A stretch of DNA of 64,000 nucleotides from a virus. This document shows positions 60,680-64,000 of the stretch, one piece after another. The translations under genes and the position numbers were made by a program. The notes beneath the pieces are model-generated. The model worked only from the letters and a program-made list of their open reading frames with translations. It was not told the origin of the DNA and ran no database searches. The first letter of the stretch is position 1; every line of letters starts with the position of its first letter. The stretch spans positions 32,001 through 96,000 of the IMG/VR virus record IMGVR_UViG_3300033153_000868; one strand, written 5' to 3'.

Positions 60680-61618
60680 TTAGCAAGTTGGGCATGAACT
60701 AGATGATGTAGTAGGCGCAGCTACTACTTGTGGATTAGCTGGTGCATAACTTAAAAACATATTATAATAATTATGATATTGTGCTCTTCTATTCATATTC
60801 CACACTTTTCTCATTTCTTGGAAGTTTGGTGTATTAACAAATCCTAATGCATTATTTCTTGCACCTCTTAATCTGCCTTCTACAAGTTGCAACTGCTGAG
60901 ATACATTTTCACCATTCCAAACCATATTTTCTAATATTCTTTGTTTTATTGCATACTCATAATATTCATTGCAATAGGGTTGATCTAAAACTAATAAATC
61001 TCCCTCTGCATTTTCCATAGCACCTTGATAACTTAAATACACTTTCCCTGTTGTAAAAGTAGTTACCAAAAACCCATCTTTTATTTCTGCTATATCTAAT
61101 GCTTGTGCACCTAAACTTGGACAATAACAAACTTTATCATTTACATCTTTTATTCTTAATTCAGTCCATGTTGTAAAACTTCTGAATTGTCCACCACCAA
61201 TTCTTTGTACTAGTTGATATTCATTCTTATTATCACATGTTTTAACTACACATACATCTTTACATGTATCACTGTCTTTACATGGTTCAGCATCATTAGG
61301 TGCTGGGACATAGGGTACATCATTAAAGGTTTCAACGTGAGTACCAGATGGCATAGAGTTATTTACAGTATATTCCCCACATCTAAATGCATAATTTAAA
61401 TATTGAAAATCAAAAGGTAATTGACCTCTTCCATGTTCTATATCTATAATAACTTCTTTAGTTCTATGAATGCGTAAACCTAAATCATAATTAACTCTTT
61501 GTGCAACTTTAATTAGTTGAGCAGGTTCTATCATTCCTTCTAACGCATACGTAGAAAAATCAATAGATACGTCTTCCATCAATTGACTAAATGTTCTATA
61601 TTTTTGTGATACCCCCAT
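60680..61618 (-). CDS. Tail tubular/ring protein (P22 gp4-like, crAss-type)
   Basis: 312 aa; synteny with the stabilisation gene; G.V.LSY.G...GDLLV.D..YYEYAIK motif. Confidence 0.6.
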   Translation of the reverse strand: MGVSQKYRTFSQLMEDVSIDFSTYALEGMIEPAQLIKVAQRVNYDLGLRIHRTKEVIIDIEHGRGQLPFDFQYLNYAFRCGEYTVNNSMPSGTHVETFNDVPYVPAPNDAEPCKDSDTCKDVCVVKTCDNKNEYQLVQRIGGGQFRSFTTWTELRIKDVNDKVCYCPSLGAQALDIAEIKDGFLVTTFTTGKVYLSYQGAMENAEGDLLVLDQPYCNEYYEYAIKQRILENMVWNGENVSQQLQLVEGRLRGARNNALGFVNTPNFQEMRKVWNMNRRAQYHNYYNMFLSYAPANPQVVAAPTTSSSSCPTC

Positions 61619-61629
61619 TATTATAATTT

Positions 61630-62304
61630 TTAAGTTCTTGCTAGATTGCGTTTATTATCTGAGTCTTCAGATGGTATTTTTAATGTACCTGACATAGTAG
61701 CAATAACTTGACTTTCTATTTCTGCAAACAATGCTTCTGGTATATATATTTCTTGTTCATATCTTGGAGTACAATCATCTTCAGTATCACAATTCCATTT
61801 TGTAATATCTGAATCAAATACACCTTCTACTTTTATTGCATCCCACTCAATGTTTGGACAATAAATATATCCATCTAACCACCAAAAGTATTTTGTCTTA
61901 TTATATTTAAATGAAGTTGATTTTGTTAATGAAGTATATGTACCCGGTTGAGTTCCTTGTAATTCTTGTGATCCATCTATTGAACTAATAGTACGGATTA
62001 GTGGACCCCAATAGCCTTCAAACATTGACGGCAATCTCACCTTTGTACGTTTTATTGTACATCCACTTTGTATACCAGCACAATGTGCTTCTACTTTATC
62101 TACATCTATTAATTCTACATATGGTAATGTTTTCCATACTGAATTAAACTTTAATAACTTATTAGCATAGTCTTGTCTTCTCATTAAAAACTGAGCATAT
62201 TTTTCTATTAAGCTGTATATATATCTATCAGTAACAAAGGCATCTTGAACTCCTGCTTTTACTTGACCTCTTATTCTAGATATTGTTTCTGCTATTGTTG
62301 ACAT
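61630..62304 (-). CDS. crAss-like neck/ring protein
   Basis: 224 aa; D..VTDRYI, TLP.VELI.VD..C...C.IKRT..LP, Y(F)W.LDGYIY pattern; synteny. Confidence 0.55.
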   Translation of the reverse strand: MSTIAETISRIRGQVKAGVQDAFVTDRYIYSLIEKYAQFLMRRQDYANKLLKFNSVWKTLPYVELIDVDKVEAHCAGIQSGCTIKRTKVRLPSMFEGYWGPLIRTISSIDGSQELQGTQPGTYTSLTKSTSFKYNKTKYFWWLDGYIYCPNIEWDAIKVEGVFDSDITKWNCDTEDDCTPRYEQEIYIPEALFAEIESQVIATMSGTLKIPSEDSDNKRNLART

Positions 62305-62309
62305 GTCTT

Positions 62310-62876
62310 TTATTTTTCAAATTCATTATAATACTTTAATGCTTTGTTGGTTTCTTCTGGGTTTTCATCATAAAGATGAGCCACCTTATATTTATTTTTC
62401 ATTACTACATATTTGGTCCAGTTGGTAGGGTAAGTTTTTGCAACAGATCTTTTAAAATCTCTACATGCTACAAATCTCCACAACTCTCTATTTTTAAATC
62501 TATATTTAGTTGAGTAATTTGTATAAAATATTTTACCTAAATTTCCATCTGTTTCCCAATTTTTATTTTGTAATACTTTACCATATTGATTAGATAATGC
62601 ATAGTTCGTGTTTACTGATTTTGAAGAAGGGCATGTACCTATAAATAAATACCCTAATGAATCAGGTAATTCTACACCATCTCTATTCTCTACTACAGCA
62701 TTCCAAAGTCTAACATTGTATATCTTTATTATCTTTTTTAATTTAACGTTATCTATGTCTGAGTATAAAGGTTTTTTATCTTTAAACTCTTTGATTGTTT
62801 CTTCATTTAATAACCCCATTCTTTTCTCTCTATATCTAGGAGCTTTTAAATCAGGTTTTTTGAAATTGTTGATCAT
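62310..62876 (-). CDS. HU/IHF-like DNA-binding protein (crAss-type)
   Basis: 188 aa, basic; KKIIK...VELPDSLGYLFI...WRF.ACRDFKR; sits upstream of the ring genes as in crAss-like phages. Confidence 0.55.
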   Translation of the reverse strand: MINNFKKPDLKAPRYREKRMGLLNEETIKEFKDKKPLYSDIDNVKLKKIIKIYNVRLWNAVVENRDGVELPDSLGYLFIGTCPSSKSVNTNYALSNQYGKVLQNKNWETDGNLGKIFYTNYSTKYRFKNRELWRFVACRDFKRSVAKTYPTNWTKYVVMKNKYKVAHLYDENPEETNKALKYYNEFEK

Positions 62877-62890
62877 ACAGTTATATTTAT

Positions 62891-62915
62891 AATTTACAAA
62901 AAAAACCTCACTTAA
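62891..62915 (-). promoter_or_regulatory. Candidate phage late promoter, copy C
   Basis: - strand TTAAGTGAG-N9-GTAAATT, overlapping the terminator, 15 nt upstream of the 62876 start. Confidence 0.5.
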
Positions 62916-62933
62916 TGAAATTAAAAGTGAGGT
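62898..62933 (-). terminator. Rho-independent terminator after the phosphoesterase gene
   Basis: acctcactt...aagtgaggt stem followed by a T8 tract on the - strand. Confidence 0.75.
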
Positions 62934-62935
62934 CT

Positions 62936-64000
62936 TTACAAAGCTTGATAGGTTAATTCACATATATTACCCATTGTTGGGTGTTGTAATTCTAATTTAC
63001 CAGATCTTCTATTACCCACATATTTGTTACTATAATGATAATAATCTGTCTTACCTAAGCTGGGCAAAGTCTTTTCAATAAAACCCGCTGTTTCATTAGA
63101 TGTCATATATTCTACTTTCCTATCTGTATGTATATGACCTTTAAATAATGTTCTGTTAGTTGTAGCTCCCCATTCTTTTGGATACTCTGAGGCATATATC
63201 AATGGATTATTTTTACTTCTTTTATCTCCATGCTCAAAAGCATTAAAGTTGCTGTGCCATACATGAACTTTTCTTTCTTCATATTTAGTATCCCATGTAA
63301 TTTCATCACTAATAATAGATTTAGACAACGCATGCACTAAATGAAAAGAAGAAAGTCTATCATGATTTCCAGGTACATATACAATAACCAATTCTTTACA
63401 ATAAGATTTAATATAATTTATAGCCCAATGCATTGCATCAAATGCTTGCATATAAGCCTCTGTAGCACTCATACAATTATCTAAAGGGGTACCACTAGTA
63501 GTAGTCCCAGAAAACGTATCCATGTTGATTAAATCACCTCCTACAACAAAGTACATTCTTTCTATATAATTAACTGGAGCTGCTTTTTGTATTAAGTATG
63601 TTATTGTATCTTCAAAATCTTTATCTATAGTATCATTACCTTCTTTTCCAAAATGAATATCTTGTAATGATATCACACCACAGACAGGATCATCTGATAC
63701 AATATTTTTAAGATTTACTTTAGGAAGTTTGTAAGTTTTAGGTTCCCAGTTTTCCAATAACTCTTTAAAAAGTTTTTCTTCTGGGTTTTTAATTTGAGAT
63801 ACTAATGCTGACACTCTCCAGTGATCACCCATTTGTTTGTTCCAATACTGAGATAATTTCCATTTATCAGTATCTATTTTTAATAGCTCAATTATTTCTT
63901 CTGCACTTTTAGGTTCATGATCAAAAGTTCCTGATATCTTACCTTCTCCCTTTTCTAAATCAATAGCTTCTACTACTTGAGCATTTTCTGCTGCCTTACT
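62936..64000 (-). CDS. Calcineurin-like metallophosphoesterase (5' end beyond the window)
   Basis: DIHFG, GGDLIN, PGNHD, EHGD, GHIH; the frame stays open from 63832 to the window edge. Confidence 0.85.
   Translation of the reverse strand, partial: SKAAENAQVVEAIDLEKGEGKISGTFDHEPKSAEEIIELLKIDTDKWKLSQYWNKQMGDHWRVSALVSQIKNPEEKLFKELLENWEPKTYKLPKVNLKNIVSDDPVCGVISLQDIHFGKEGNDTIDKDFEDTITYLIQKAAPVNYIERMYFVVGGDLINMDTFSGTTTSGTPLDNCMSATEAYMQAFDAMHWAINYIKSYCKELVIVYVPGNHDRLSSFHLVHALSKSIISDEITWDTKYEERKVHVWHSNFNAFEHGDKRSKNNPLIYASEYPKEWGATTNRTLFKGHIHTDRKVEYMTSNETAGFIEKTLPSLGKTDYYHYSNKYVGNRRSGKLELQHPTMGNICELTYQAL

Noticed and set aside
18855-62892. Numerous 60-170 aa + strand ORFs inside the - strand virion module
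   Set aside because: Fully overlap large motif-bearing genes on the opposite strand and have composition typical of reverse-frame artefacts.
1-64000. Stop-codon reassignment (TAG/TGA), known in some crAss-like phages
   Set aside because: Giant ORFs are uninterrupted in the standard code, and TAG and TGA end genes at sensible positions.
1-64000. tRNA genes, CRISPR arrays, integrase/transposase, inteins, self-splicing introns, DGR
   Set aside because: Intergenic gaps are short; I saw no cloverleafs, spaced repeats or corresponding protein motifs by eye.

Overview
AT-rich window of a large lytic dsDNA phage genome, crAss-like (Crassvirales / phi14:2-related). The host is most likely a Bacteroidota (Flavobacteriaceae) species: translation starts are A-rich and lack Shine-Dalgarno sites, a TTTG-N19-TAnnTTT promoter is present, and NrdB is of the flavobacterial class Id type. 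Layout: (i) + strand replication/nucleotide module, 1-9626: two BRCT-like paralogues, PD-(D/E)XK nuclease, family B DNA polymerase, MazG, spore-photoproduct-lyase-like radical SAM enzyme, DUF932, DUF5664. (ii) - strand fibre, small basic protein and holin genes, 9671-15696. (iii) + strand ribonucleotide reductase island, 15958-18799, whose nrdA is frameshifted by an apparent ~29-nt deletion. (iv) - strand virion module, 18809-64000: holin, 1925-aa, 4607-aa virion RNA polymerase (DFDID), 1152-, 987-, 933- and 2028-aa cargo proteins, tail stabilisation protein with a VWA insertion, ring proteins, HU/IHF-like protein, metallophosphoesterase. Most striking: a short motif [AYFMKS]-[QKER]-x-G-G-E occurs about 30 times, concentrated in six putative virion proteins, at boundaries between discrete modules, which suggests a polyprotein-processing or capsid-loading signal. 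No tRNA, CRISPR array, integrase, intein or stop-codon recoding was seen. All family calls come from motif recognition by eye, not from database searches.
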